Source: Adineta vaga
Taxonomy: Eukaryota > Animalia > Rotifera
Reading direction: 5' to 3'
DNA length: 64,000 bases
NCBI GenBank assembly: GCA_021613535.1
Contig: CP075495.1
Coordinates: 11,284,001 to 11,348,000, forward strand
The position numbers and the translations under genes were made by a program. How positions within the stretch are numbered: the stretch's first letter is position 1; each line of letters begins with the position of its first letter. Shown here piece after piece: positions 41,069-54,505 of this stretch. Below the pieces are notes generated by a model. It was not told where the DNA came from, did no database searches, and saw only the letters and a program-made list of their open reading frames with translations.

Positions 41069-44000
41069 ATGAATTAATTAATTTGAACTTCTTACCTGTA
41101 TCATAGAAATATTCAACCTATAAAGGATAGAAATAAAATAGAAAAAAGTTTCATCGAGAATTCTTTTTTTTTCGCTCTTTTTATTAAAATTTTCAAAACC
41201 ATTTGAATTGTTCGATGTCTCGGTAATAGACCTCTATAAAAGAGAAATTTTTCTTATGAAAATGGAAGAACAGATAAAAAGTCCGGTAAATGAATTATTG
41301 AAATATTTTTCGTTTTATCTATTTGTCTCCCTTATCTATCATTTGGCATAACATAATCTTTTCTGGTTTAGAATTCGTTTAATATAATATTATATTTGTA
41401 CTGTTCGGACTCATTGGTCGTGCTCGATTTTTCCTTTCTATCTTCTCAGTTGATTGGTTGTCAAACAAAAGAACGGTATGTATTTTTATGTTGTCTTCCT
41501 GTTCGTTGATTCCCTTCTTCATCAAACTTCTCATTTCTCTATCGTGTTTCAAAATAAAGATGTGGCTATGGTTGAAGTATTTTTTCTCGTGAAAACTCAT
41601 GAAACAAACATCATATAGTATTAAATTTGTCTTTTATAGAACTAAAGCGAATCTGAACGTATCAAAAGTTTGATCAAAATTGTTGCACTCAATGCTGTTG
41701 AACCCCGCATGTTGTCTATTGTTCAACGGCTACGACGCATTTTGATCGCAATAGAAAACATGAGACCTAAAACTACTTTAGATATCAGTACATAAAAAAA
41801 ATCCATCAATAAGGTAGTATTGATCAATATTTTTCATTGTATCTGTGTTCAAGAATGAACTATGATGTCGTTACTATCGATTCGATTGATCATTCAGTAG
41901 AAATTATCTATTGAGTAAATATTGTAGATATCGGTTTTGATTTAATAAATATTATATTCTTTACACAATAGGAAGTAGGTTTACATTATAAAATCATCCA
42001 ATATTTGAATGATTGTAAGTTCATTGAAAATTATTTATTTTCCTTCAAAATACAGCATTTGTCATTATAGTGTAAATGGTCATCGTTCATATCAGAAAAC
42101 AACAATTAATAAAAATATCTTTCTTTTGAAAATTATATCGTTTGTATGCATATGAATCTATTTGATTCTAAAAAGATATTATAACAAGGAAATTAAAATA
42201 TCAATACTATGGGTAGTTGATTATTTGATATGTATTAATGCGAGTAAATAACTGACAATGGTTGATTAAGTGAAGCAAAAATTATTAAAAGATATTGTTT
42301 TTAGATCTTTATTTTGGTTTAAGAACGAGAAAGAGATTCATTTCAATATTCTTCTTCTAAACTACGCTTCTCTCTTTTCTAAACAGTTTTCCATGAGTTT
42401 GAAGTACTACTAGTACATTAACTGACTGAAAGAATACAAAAAATATTACAAAAACATCAAATCTTTTTAAATTTCAGCGAATATAGATTTTCAAACAACA
42501 TTAGACATAAAAAATATTTTTCTCAATTTATTAATTTAGTTTGTAAAAATTATTTTTTTTAATATTTGGAAGATAAATTGTGTAAGAACGATCATTTTGA
42601 TAATAAATTTTTCTCACTGGATATTGAAATACTTCTAACATGTGTTAAATAAAGAAAAGAAACCATTTGTTTGCTTTTACATTCCTCAATTAAACTTACA
42701 AGTATATTATTCATTTATCAACTGTTATAAGAGAGAGAGAAACGATATAGACATGTGCAATAGAATTCCTATGTAAGATAATACGCAGCAAAGAATGCTA
42801 AGAATATTTGATCGTTCATAGTCTTTTTTAATCATGTGTATAAACGTATATATATCATCCTTTTTCTCTATACAAAGTCTCAATCATCATTTAACTTAGA
42901 TATGTCTGTTATGGATTCGATACTCATACTACAATTTCTGAATACTTAAAAGCTACGCTAGAGAAATAGAACTAAAGTCAACTTTTTATGGTACTGTCAG
43001 TGTAAATTTATTTATACATTGTCAACTACTCCAAAAAAATTTCGTCTAAATCAGAAGTACATTTCACAAGTTCATTTCTGAGAAGTGATTGAGTTCTTTT
43101 TCAATGAAATATATTTGATTTAATATCGAAATCAAACAATTTTATGTGCAGTTCAATCCCTACTGGAAAACAATCAAAAGGATTTTCAATAAACTTCTAT
43201 ATTATGTATACCGTCAAAAATATCGTTGATGAAATTAAAATTAAACAGCAAATTGCTCATTTTATTCATAATAAACGAGAAAATTTGTAGACGGCATGAC
43301 AGAATAGGAAAAGGTATAGTATGGAATGCATTCTGATTGATTTAAATTGAAAAAGATAAGTTACATACAATATTGTATGTAATGTCAGAATGTAGCTTAT
43401 CTCGACCTATGAAAGTCGAATGAGTTAATTCAAATGGTACGTTTAATCAACCAATAAATTGATTTATATCTGAACACAAAGAACAAGAACGTTGTCGATA
43501 CTCGATACATTATTTGGTGTGTTTTTCTTTTCTAAATCTTATTTTTACATTCAAGGTCTTGTATCATCTTGATTTAAATAACCATATGGTACTTGAATTG
43601 ATCGATAGAAGAGAAGAATATATTCGTCTACTTCAATAAAAGAAGAAAGACAGAGAATTTGTTCGATATGTTTTACAACCTCATTCGATTAGATATATAG
43701 AGATTGTTATGCAATAGAAATGAATAATAGGAATATATATATACATAGTAGACAGTTCGAGGTTGACACAAGTTTCTAACTATTATGACATATAAGATTA
43801 CAAGTCCGTTAGCATCATTGTCGTGCTTGTTACCTTCATTATGTCAGTGGAAATAAGGTCATTCTCTCAGATTAAGATTTGTTTATACAAATGATCTTGT
43901 CTATTTTGTCATGTCATTAATAAGCTTTCAATATGCCTTTATCCATTTGATATATAGATATATACATGTGTATATTACTTGAATCAAAAGAAAAAAGATC

Positions 44001-44506
44001 TAATATTAAACGATATGATTATACACTTGTTTCATCATTGTCTGGCTTATTATTCTAATCAAAGTTTTATATTAATGAATTTAGTACATGATTGTCTTTA
44101 TTCCCGTCATTGTCGATCAATTTATCTTAATCTAATTATGCTGATTACTTTTCTGTCCAGACACCGAGGATGAACAAAGGATGATCACCATCATCATTGG
44201 TCATCCGATGTCTACAACATACACTTGTATCGTAGTGATCAATCATCATTAAAGACCCGCGAAGATAGTTTGATTGCATCATGCAAACATGAGAGGTCAG
44301 GTCACAGATAGAGATCGAACTAATGGTTATTAGATGAACAGAGTGTAACAGCTGTTGCACTCTTCCGACCCTGAGACACTTTTTTGCTCTTTTTTTCTCT
44401 TTTCCTCCTTTCTCTCTCTCTCTCCTCTCTGTGTCTCTGTAGTACGCTTTACAACCATCGATAAATATACGATATGCGCATTTGCTTGTAGATCAATATT
44501 TTGTCA

Positions 44507-47090
44507 ATGAAAATGTTTGGCTCTTGTGAACATCCACATCTTTCACCTACATCTTCTTCATGTGATATGGAATTAATGGATGAAATGCCACCACCATCAG
44601 CATCTTCAATTCTTTCACTTAATGATGATCTAACAATTTCAAATCGATTGAGTACAACAACGACACCATCAAATTCGGTTTCACTTCGATTTAAAGTATG
44701 TATTAATCGGAGAAGTTTCATTTCAATTCTTCGTTTTTTTTTCTTTTATTTTATTAAGAAAAAACGAAAACGTAAACTTGATTCTGATACTGTTTCACTT
44801 CGTTCACTTGAAGATATTGTTGGCGATCATTTTCAACGAAAAAAACGTCTTTCTCTTCCACGTTTATCCTCAGTATCTGAATTAATAAGTCCAATGTGCG
44901 ATCGTGTCATAAATATGCTTCAAACAACCAAACAATCTTCATCAGCTAATTTATTAAATCTTATTAATCATAATACTCATACAAATTCTCATGTACATCG
45001 TAAAACATCCTCACAACAACCGTCATATCATGTTTCATCACCGAATACAATCAAAAAATTTCGTGCAGCCTGGTCAGAAACATGTGACGGAGAAAAATTA
45101 AAACAAACGATGACAGCTACAGAAATTGAACGACAAAATGTTCTTTATGAATTATTTTCCGAAGAACAACAAATGATCGAAAATTTAGGTTTAGCTCAAC
45201 GAGTATGAAGGATTTGATTAATTTCATATGTGACAAAAAAAGAAATATTTATTCTTCTAGTTCTATCGTAATGGAATGAAAACATTGCATATTTTAACTG
45301 ATTTAGAATTAAAACAAATATTTGGACCACTTGAAGATATTTTACCCTTGCATGAAGGTAACTTACTTTTCAAGGATTGGATAAGGATACTGATTTGGTT
45401 TATGATTGAATAGATCTTCTGTATCGTTTGAAACCAAAAGGTAATTCATCCATTGATGCTGTTGGTCAGATCTATCTTGAATGGGTATGAGTTTTCTAAT
45501 GAATTTCTTATTTTGATTTACAAATGAATCTTTTTTTATTGATATAGTTTCAACGTATTCGTTCATCCTATGTATCTTATTGTTCAAATTTAATAAATGC
45601 CAAAGAATTATTAGATGCTAAACGATGTGAAGAAAATGGGCGTGTTGATGATTATCTGAAACGTTGTACAGATTCAGGTTTTAGTCGAAAACTTGATCTT
45701 TGGGATTTTCTAGGTATATAAATATCTTTTCGTTAGATTTTCTAAATAATCATTACATCAATATAGATCAACCACGAAGTCGTCTGATGAAATATCCAAT
45801 TCTATTTAAACGTATCCAAAAACGAGTAAGTCCTTCGATTTCTTTTTCGTACTATTCGTTTTCAATATAAAATAGATTTCACAGAGAATTTTCATTTGAG
45901 AATATAAATAAATGTATTGATATGTTCTCATATAATCGTTCGATAGATAATTAAGATTTTACAGGGTCAATATTGATTTTAGACAACCAAGAAATCCGTA
46001 TCACAGCATGTAAAATTCAATGTCAAACCATATCGAACAAAAAAGTTGATATCTGTAACAATAAATTTTTCTATATCTATGTTCATTTGATTTCATAACA
46101 CAAATATTTCATTTCTAAATTAACCGGAAAAAAGCGTATCTACAATCAACATAAAATCTTGAAATATAGTTATATCATCTATATTGATTAATTGACATTG
46201 TATACTTCATTAAAGAAAATATCATGATAGAAAAAAATGTGAGAGTAACAATTAATTATCGATGAATGGAGAGTTTTACAATAATATTTTTACTTTGTTT
46301 TATATTTAGACGAAAGATTGTCATGAAGATAAACGAATCTTACTTGATACTGTAAATAAATAATGAACAATTCTGATTGAAGAAAAAATTGTTTTCTTTC
46401 TTCTTGTTAGATTAATTTTGTTGAAGAACTTATCAATGATGTTAGTCAAGCAACATCAGCACAATTATGTTCTAATGTTCTTGCACGACTTGTTTATACG
46501 AATGAAGATCAAGTAAGTAAATGGAAGATATTTTTCTTTTAATCTATGAAATAACTCATCATTCTTTTAGAAACATCCATCGATTGAAAGACAAACACGA
46601 ATATTATGTCAAGGTGAACTGAAAAATAATCGTGGTCAGGTAAGACATAATCGATTTCATTTGAGATAAAGTTAAATGAATTTTCAATAGAAATTATATG
46701 TATTTTTATTCGATGAAATACTTGTTTTTACACGTTTTGCTACAAGAAACGGTTTTAAATCGTATCAACTAACAAATTATCCTATACCAGTTCTATCTTT
46801 AATTGTTGAAGATATTGAAGATGGCGTTAAAATACCTGAATTATCATCTGGTAGTTTTTCACGTACATTATCTGGATCAAAACCTGGTTAGTATTCATGC
46901 CTCTACGAAGAAGAACGAAAATTTTCTTGTTTTTGTTTTAGCTCGAAATGTATTTCGATGTTCGTCATCGTCATCACTAGATCATAATAATAGTCGTAAT
47001 ACGTCTATGTTATTGCAAGCTCGTGATATGTATGATAAACAACAATGGCTTAGTGCATTTCGATCCATACCAACAATGAATAAAGTTTAA
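44507..47090 (+). CDS. DH-PH Rho guanine nucleotide exchange factor, NET1/ARHGEF3-like; multi-exon
   Basis: EIERQNVLYEL, IFGPLEDILPLHE, YVSYCSN, FSRKLDLWDFLDQPRSRLMKYP; PH domain KLYVFLFDEILVFTR...DKQQWL. Confidence 0.88.
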
Positions 47091-47519
47091 TAATTTGTGT
47101 GTTTTTTATATATCTCATTTCGACGAAATAGCAACACTTGTTCTGATACAATTTCTTTATGTTTGTGTTCTCTATGTATAGAATTTTTTGTTTTTCCTTT
47201 CTTCTCTCTCTCTCTCTAATACGCTGTTTCATTTCTGATAATATTGATGAACAAAATAATATAGTAGAATTATGTTTTACGTCTGTTTTGTTGTTTTTAA
47301 CAAAGAGAATTTATTATGTGATTCTAAGAACAATTATTTAGGTAAGGATGAATTTGTTTTTCTATGTTATTGTAATTTGAAAAAGAACAAAAAATAATCA
47401 TTTCATATTTCATTAAGTTTGTTATTTTATAAACAAAGCTTTATGTCTTTGAAGAATGTTACTAGCATGAAAGAGACTTAGATTATATCTTCTTAATAGA
47501 ATAAATTCATATTTTAGAT

Positions 47520-48227
47520 ATGTCTTCATCTTCAACATATAAATTGATTTATTTTGCTGGCCGCGGTTTGGCTGAAACATCACGGATGTTATTGAAAGCT
47601 GCTGGTCAAGAATTTGAAGATTATCGTTATCCAATAACAATGAAAGATGGTCAATATATTCGAGCTGAATGGGATGCTGATAAAACGAAATATACCTATG
47701 AAAAAATTCCAGTACTTGAAATTGATGGTGGTAAATATACAATTGCTCAATCAAAAGCAATTGAACGATTTCTAGCACGTCGCTTTAATATGTTAGGTAG
47801 TAATGATATTGAGGCAGCTTTGATCGGTAAGATTAATCTTTTGTGTTCTTTTTGTTTATAAATCGCTTTTTTTTATTTCTTGTAAATAGATGCAGCTGGT
47901 GAACAAATTACTGACGTTAAACAAGCATATAACAAAGCTAAAACAGCCGGTGGTGATAATGTGAAACAATTTTTTGAAAATGATTTGAAAAAAGCATTTA
48001 CATCATTTGAAAAACAAGCAGATAAAAAAAATTCTGGCTATTGGATGGGCTCACGTTTATCTCTATTCGATATTCAACTTTATAATTTGATACATTTTTT
48101 TGATGATCAACAAAGTGTTCAAAAAGCTTTGGAAGAATGTCCAACATTGAAAGCAATACATGATAAGGTTGAACAAACACCAGAAATTAAAAAATGGCTT
48201 AGTGAACGACCTGAAACAATGTTTTAG
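47520..48227 (+). CDS. Cytosolic glutathione S-transferase, sigma-like; two exons
   Basis: YKLIYFAGRGLAETSRMLL, KIPVLEIDG, AQSKAIERFLA, LSLFD, WLSERPET; one short intron near 47827-47889. Confidence 0.92.
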
Positions 48228-48673
48228 TGGTTACATAACTCACAATTTCATTTTGAACAATTGATTAAAACTTTGTTTTATTATAGTAGTTAGATTTTTT
48301 TTTCTATAACAGCAGGAAATAAACATTAAGTCCAGTGATATTTTAAATACAAAGTGGTTAAGAGAATTCTGCAACTGTCACCTCTGATCTTTGTTCAATA
48401 TGATTGAAAAAAACAGTAACAAAACGAAATATGAAGCATTCATTTCACATTATTAAGTCAGAATATTTCTATTCTAGTTTATGTATGAACTGTAACGAAA
48501 ACTTAGCCTCTTCTATCGAATGATAGATGTCACTAACTGATATTTAATATATGTGCATGTATTTCTTCTGTTTTGTTGAAAATATCGTCCAATAAATTTG
48601 TATTGTATTGAGGTGTCTACTCTGAACCCACTTATTCCATTGATTTTCTCACGCGATAGAACATACTAACATC

Positions 48674-50172
48674 ATGAGTTCACGTAAGTTGCTGCTTGAC
48701 AATTTCATTCAAGAATATATCTAATTTATCTTTCATAGGTGGTCCAATGCGACTTCCAAAACCCTATTCTCATCCACAACAGCAACAACAGCCGCCACAT
48801 CATCAGCAACAACAACAACAACAGCAGCAATCATCTCAATTCTATCAACCGTCAGCTCCCTATCGTTCGTATCTTTTCTATTTCTAAATTATCTTTATTT
48901 GTATTTTACTTGATTTAGCTCCAATGCAACCAACAAATGATTATGGTAATGATTTTGGTATGCCACAACCACAAATGCCTCCATCATATGGCGGTGATTT
49001 TAATATACCACAACCCCCACCTCCACCAGCTCCTTCTCATAATGCATATTTCTCACCACAAACTGCTTTCTATGCACCGTCAACTCAACAACAAATGCCT
49101 TCTAATCAAGGAATGCCGGGAATGGAATATCTTTCTAACAATCCACTTTTTAATGTTGGTTTAAATGTTGTTGAGCAAGGCATGAAAGATTTTACTGGTA
49201 AAACTGTCAATATGTTACCAAATGAAGTAATACTTGTTTATTTTTCTCTTCATATTCATTTTCTTATTTAATATTAATATTTAGATGAAGAAATCAATCT
49301 CATCAATAAAATATTATTTTGCCGTTGATCAAGCTTATGTTTTCAAGAAACTTTGTTTAATTCTGTTTCCATTTCGACCACGCGTAATAATAAATATAAA
49401 TTCATCAAAACAGATTCATTCAAATTCTTGTCTCTGTATCTAGAATTGGTCTTTAGGTTACAGTGCAGATGAACCCGTACCACCACGTGTTGATACTAAT
49501 GCACCGGATTATTATATTCCATGTAAAAATAAACTTTTTCTTATTTATCTTTTTAAACTCATTCTTTCATATAAAATTTAGTAATGGGTGCTATTACATA
49601 TGTTCTTGTTGCTGGTCTAGTCTTAGGTACACAAGATAGGTAAATAAAAATTGTTTGTTAAACTTTATTTTTATTCATTACTTCGAAAATATTCATATTC
49701 CATAGATTTACACCTGAGCAATTGGGTATGCATGCATCATCGGTTTTGATTTGGAATATAATTGAGATATGCGTTTTATGTTTTACATTTTACATCTTTA
49801 ATGTCCAATCGAAATTGCGAACACTTGATTTAATTGCTTATTGTGGTTATAAATATGTTGGAATGATTACAGCATTATCATCCTATTTATTAACTCATTC
49901 ATTATTTGTTTATCGTTGTTCTTTACTTTACGTTAGTTTATCATTATCATATTTTCTCGTATGTAATTCGATTGAATTTCTATGTTGTTCACATATCCAT
50001 CCTATTTATTTACTAGGTTAAATGTCTTCGTTTACAAATCTTACCTGATACAGGTGGATCTCAACCATATGGTTCCAATGGAAGTAAACGTCGTATATAT
50101 TTACTTCTTCTTGTTGTTATTCTTCAACCATTATTTATTTGGTATTTAACACGACATTTAATTGTTGATTAA
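48674..50172 (+). CDS. YIF1: Protein YIF1 (ER-Golgi trafficking); multi-exon
   Basis: KYYFAVDQAYVFKKL, PPRVDTNAPDYYIP, MGAITYVLVAG, FTPEQLG, DLIAYCGYKYVG; Gln/Pro-rich N-terminus. Confidence 0.92.
48777..48830 (+). repeat. CAA/CAG poly-Gln tract in YIF1
   Basis: Encodes QQQQQPPHHQQQQQQQQQ. Confidence 0.8.
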
Positions 50173-50275
50173 AACGGGAAAAAAGAAAATTTTTCTATCT
50201 TTTTTTTTCTGTTCTGTTTTGTGTTCTTTTATTCAACTTATACAAGGTATGCGTTTTAGATAATAAAAAGGAAAA

Positions 50276-50873
50276 ATGTGGACAAATATATTAAAAACTT
50301 TTGTCTCAACGACAAATCCGATAATATCATCGTTTTCTATTCGTCGTTCATTTAATACTCTTTGGCATATGCATATGAATACTCTATGGATAACAGGTGT
50401 ACGTCCCCTAAAAAAAAGTAAAATGGATGAACAACCAACGATGCGTGGTAAGTATTCAAGTGTTACTTGTTAGACAGATCGAGAAATGTCAATAGAAAAA
50501 TTCAGATATCGTCGTCTGGTCAATATTGTTCTGTTGGTTTTGATGTCTAATCATTTAGTTTCATAGGAAGGGAAATTATATCCTATCTTCTAATATTTTA
50601 GGTATTGTACTTAAAACGTTGATACGAAAGCCAAGAAAACCAAATTCAGCTAATCGTAAATGTTGTCGTGTTCGTCTAGCTAATGGTCTCGAAATTATTG
50701 CACATATTCCTGGTGAAGGACATAATCTTCAAGAACATCACAGTGTAATGATACGAGGTGGACGAACAAAAGATTTACCTGGTGTGCATTATAAAGTAGT
50801 TCGTGGTAAATTGGATTGTAATATGCCAGTCAAAAGACAAACAACATTACCTTCTAGTGCTACTACTAAATAA
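50276..50873 (+). CDS. MRPS12: Mitochondrial ribosomal protein S12; two exons
   Basis: Transit-peptide-like N-terminus, QPTMRG|[47 protein letters not shown]. Confidence 0.93.
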
Positions 50874-50958
50874 TGACTCAATTCTGTTTTGTTTGTTCGT
50901 TTTTTTTATTGATACTAGGAAGAAAAAACTTAACTGTTTACATGAACAAAATTTTTCT

Positions 50959-51255
50959 TCATCCTGGTCCTGCAATAATGAGTGGAAATTCAATAGTTTT
51001 TAAACATTCTTCTTGTAATCGAAATTGTTCGAGACTTTGCCTCAATTTATTTCTGTCTATGCGGTAGCGATGAGCATTGTCTCGGAGATATTCTAATACG
51101 AAGAGTTGCAGCTTCCATGTGGAATAATCATGAATATTACAGTTTGATAATGCTGAATGTTTTAAAATATCTGGTTGAATTTGATCAGAATTCACTTGAC
51201 TAATAATTGAGACGGACATTAGAAAACAAGTTATAACGAAAGCAACGTAGTGCAT
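50959..51255 (-). CDS. Small secreted protein, 98 aa, three Cys (two in the mature part), C-terminal AGPG
   Basis: Signal peptide MHYVAFVITCFLMSVSIISQVNS; intronless ORF; no family recognised. Confidence 0.65.
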   Translation of the reverse strand: MHYVAFVITCFLMSVSIISQVNSDQIQPDILKHSALSNCNIHDYSTWKLQLFVLEYLRDNAHRYRIDRNKLRQSLEQFRLQEECLKTIEFPLIIAGPG

Positions 51256-51368
51256 TTATTGTGGTTTATTGACTAAAACAATACTCGAGATATGAATATA
51301 GATCTAAATAAGAACATATCCGATTTTAGAAACGCCAAGATAAATCTTACATTAGAAACATAAATGTG

Positions 51369-51391
51369 TATATATATATATATATATATAT
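51369..51391. repeat. (TA)n microsatellite
   Basis: About 11 TA units. Similar short tracts occur near 13475 and 53275. Confidence 0.8.
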
Positions 51392-53345
51392 GCTCTAGAA
51401 TAGTAACTAGAAGATCAAAGTTTTACCAGGGTTTAGTAGTTGAGATACTTCTCATATTCTATTATATCAATATTGTAAAGAAGAGATACTGTGAGAAAAT
51501 TTAGTAAAATACTAAGCCTGGTAGAAACTATTCGTTATTCTAACTAACTCTTAATATTTTCGTATTCAATCATCTCAGTTTCTTGCTTTCCTGTTTATAC
51601 TTAAATTAGACAATGTGACATGTGATCTTCTTCCCTGGATATATTTACGCAGTTCATATTACTGTCTTCGAGGTTAAAATAATAAGATGATGTTCTTTAA
51701 AAATGTGTTCTCAAGTCTAATTTAGTATTTATAAACGATTGCTTAACGAATATTTCGTTTGTATCTACGATACTGAACTCCATCTATCCAATAGCTTTTC
51801 TCTGATGGGGACAGTAAGAAAGAAAAACATCTCTAGCAAAAAAATATTTGATGATCATCGATTTAATACATAGTGATGGAGAAAACTGTTCAGTTCAAAA
51901 TTAGCTCATCTCGTGGGAACTGTCTTTGAGAATGGAAAACTAAGAAAGAAATTATTTCCGGATATCCTAAAACAATATAGAGAGAAAAGTGTAATGAATT
52001 GTATTACTAATGCTCCTGTGCATTGTTTCAATGAAACTATTGTTCCACAAACAAACTTCATAAATTGGATGATAGGATGAACAACAAAGAAATAGTAATG
52101 AAAGAAAGAATGAATTTATCCTATCTTTTAATATTAAAAAATTTATGACTAAAAAGAAATTTCCTATATTGTGACATTTTCCTCTCTTATCTACATCTCT
52201 GCATTAAACTTTAAGTTTGTTGGAAGATACCAATACAGGTAAAAATGAAATTTCATTGATTATAAATCATGCATATATATATTCTCCATATTAGTTATAC
52301 ATGGAAGAATGTGATAAAATATCATCTGACATACAGAAGAGAAAATAAAAAATCAATCAATGATGTTAAATAATAATGAAGTCTTCGATTAAAATAGATA
52401 GAAATTACAAATGTTTCTGTTTTTGCTCATCGTGATAAGTCAGTTGTGTTGGAAAATGTTGTGAATATAAAATCTAATGTGTTGTTACAAATGAATGCAT
52501 TCTTGAATATCACGCAAAAATGACGACAGCTCACCAGCATCGTTCTTATTTTGATAATTGTACTTTCTCATTCGTTGATTTCATATAACCTTAAAATATT
52601 TGACAATCATTGAGATTAATTACAAGAAACTTCTTATGTTTCTTTTCTTTATTTTATGTGCAATAATCTCTGCACTATCATTATCAATCGTTTTTACTTC
52701 TTCGAAAATAAAATACAATTGGTTATTTAAAATCTACGTAGTTTACATATAATTTTCGTTTCTTTATCAATGACTGATCAGTAATTACCAACTGAAATCT
52801 ATTAATACATTTTGCTATTTTTTCTTTATATAATATTCATGACCCAATCAATCAAATGATTGAATATGTTTGTAATCAAATATTAATTAATGATTCATCT
52901 GCATTCATACTTTTCTATCTAATATATAGAAATATGCAAATGTACACAGATGTTTGTTGAATTAGGCAAAAAACAGAACAGGAAATTATTCTTTTTTTAT
53001 GACGATTGTAGGATTCTCTTCTAACATATAACTCATCCACCTCCACATAGTGCATATGATGAATCAGTCGTTTTGCTCATACTTGTTTTTTTTCTTCTTC
53101 TTCTTCTTCTTCGTTCTCGTCTCTTCTTTTTTCGACAGCGAATGACTCGTCCGAAAGGAACGAACAATCGAGTGGGCGCGGAAAAGAGCGACTGACTCGT
53201 TTCTGTTTATCTATTTTGTTTTTCTACATATGTGATTCACGCATGTACACTAAGGATTTAAACACACATGTATTTATATATATATATATATATGAAAACT
53301 GTTTTTTTTCTTACATAAATCAAAAACTATATTTCTATTTTAAAG

Positions 53346-54505
53346 ATGAATTTATTCAGTCGTAAAAGTGTTATTCCACCTCCATCACTTAGTCCACAGC
53401 CATCGATTCCCAATGCAGCTACAGCTGGACCAGAAGCATTTGCAAATAATTCGGCGTATGGTCGAGGCTTTTATGAACCAGGTGCTTATTCAGTTGCATT
53501 AAAACGATGTGAAAATGGTCATGATTTAGCTCAACAACTTGCAGATATGTTAGAAGAACGTGCACAACTTGAATCAGTTTATACTAATCAACTACGTGCC
53601 TGGTCACGAAAATGGCATGGAGAATTAACTAAATCTCAAGAATATGGAACAAATAAAAAAGTTTGGGATCAATCAGTAACAACAGGTAATTCATATTTCC
53701 TTTTTTACCTTTAGAAAAAGATTATTTTCAATGCTATTAATATGATTAGGAGAACAAATGGCTGAAGTTCATGGAGCTTTATCATCGTCATTAACTGATT
53801 CTTTGATACCTAAACTTCGACAATGGCGTAAAGATAACTATGAAAAATCACTTATTCATTATAGAAAGACAAAAGAATTTGAAAAAGATTTCATTGATGC
53901 TCAAAAATCGTGGAATAAATTATTAGATAAAATCTCCGAATACAAAGCTGCTTATTATACGGCGTGTAAAACAGCTAAAGCAACTGATGATGCAGAACGT
54001 GTAGCTACAGACGAACAACAACGAAGAAAATTAGCGGATAAAGCTGAAGTTGCCAGACGTGAAGTTGGATCCGTTAAAGCTAAATATGAACAAACAGTGA
54101 ATGAAGCAAAAGAACAAAGACCACGTTATGAAGCTGCAATGAAAGATGTTTTTGAACGAACACAAACATTCGAAAGAAAACGTCTTGACTTTTTCAAAGA
54201 AACTTTTGAGGAATTCTCCAAAGTATTAGAAACAGCTACACAAGACAAGTATGTTTATTTTGATAATAATGAAAGAAAAGTAAAAATTAATTTTTCTATT
54301 GATTTGTTAGTGGAACATTGAAAAAGATGAATGAAGATTTCAAAACAAGTTTATCTGCACATGATTCTAGTGAAGATTTAGCGTGGTGGGATCAAAATTA
54401 TGGTATATTTTCTATATTGTATGTAAAACGATATATCGTCTGTATTTTCTTCTAGGTACTCAAACAAATAATCGATGGCCTGAATTTGAAGACTATCGTG
54501 ATTGA
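53346..54505 (+). CDS. PACSIN/syndapin-like F-BAR protein lacking an SH3 domain; four exons
   Basis: FYEPGAYSVALKRCENGHDL, ERAQLE, EYGT, FIDAQKSW, FERKRLDFFKE, DLAWWDQNYG, WPEFEDYRD-stop. Confidence 0.85.

Noticed and set aside
41100-44450. Short ORFs and possible decayed coding fragments in the MGST1-RhoGEF spacer
   Set aside because: No consistent splice structure or recognisable motif.
45826-46309. Transposon remnant in the enlarged RhoGEF intron (TACAGGGT near 45960 resembles a Tc1/mariner terminus); similarly the enlarged discoidin intron near 9455-9988
   Set aside because: No matching opposite terminal repeat, target-site duplication or transposase fragment found by eye.
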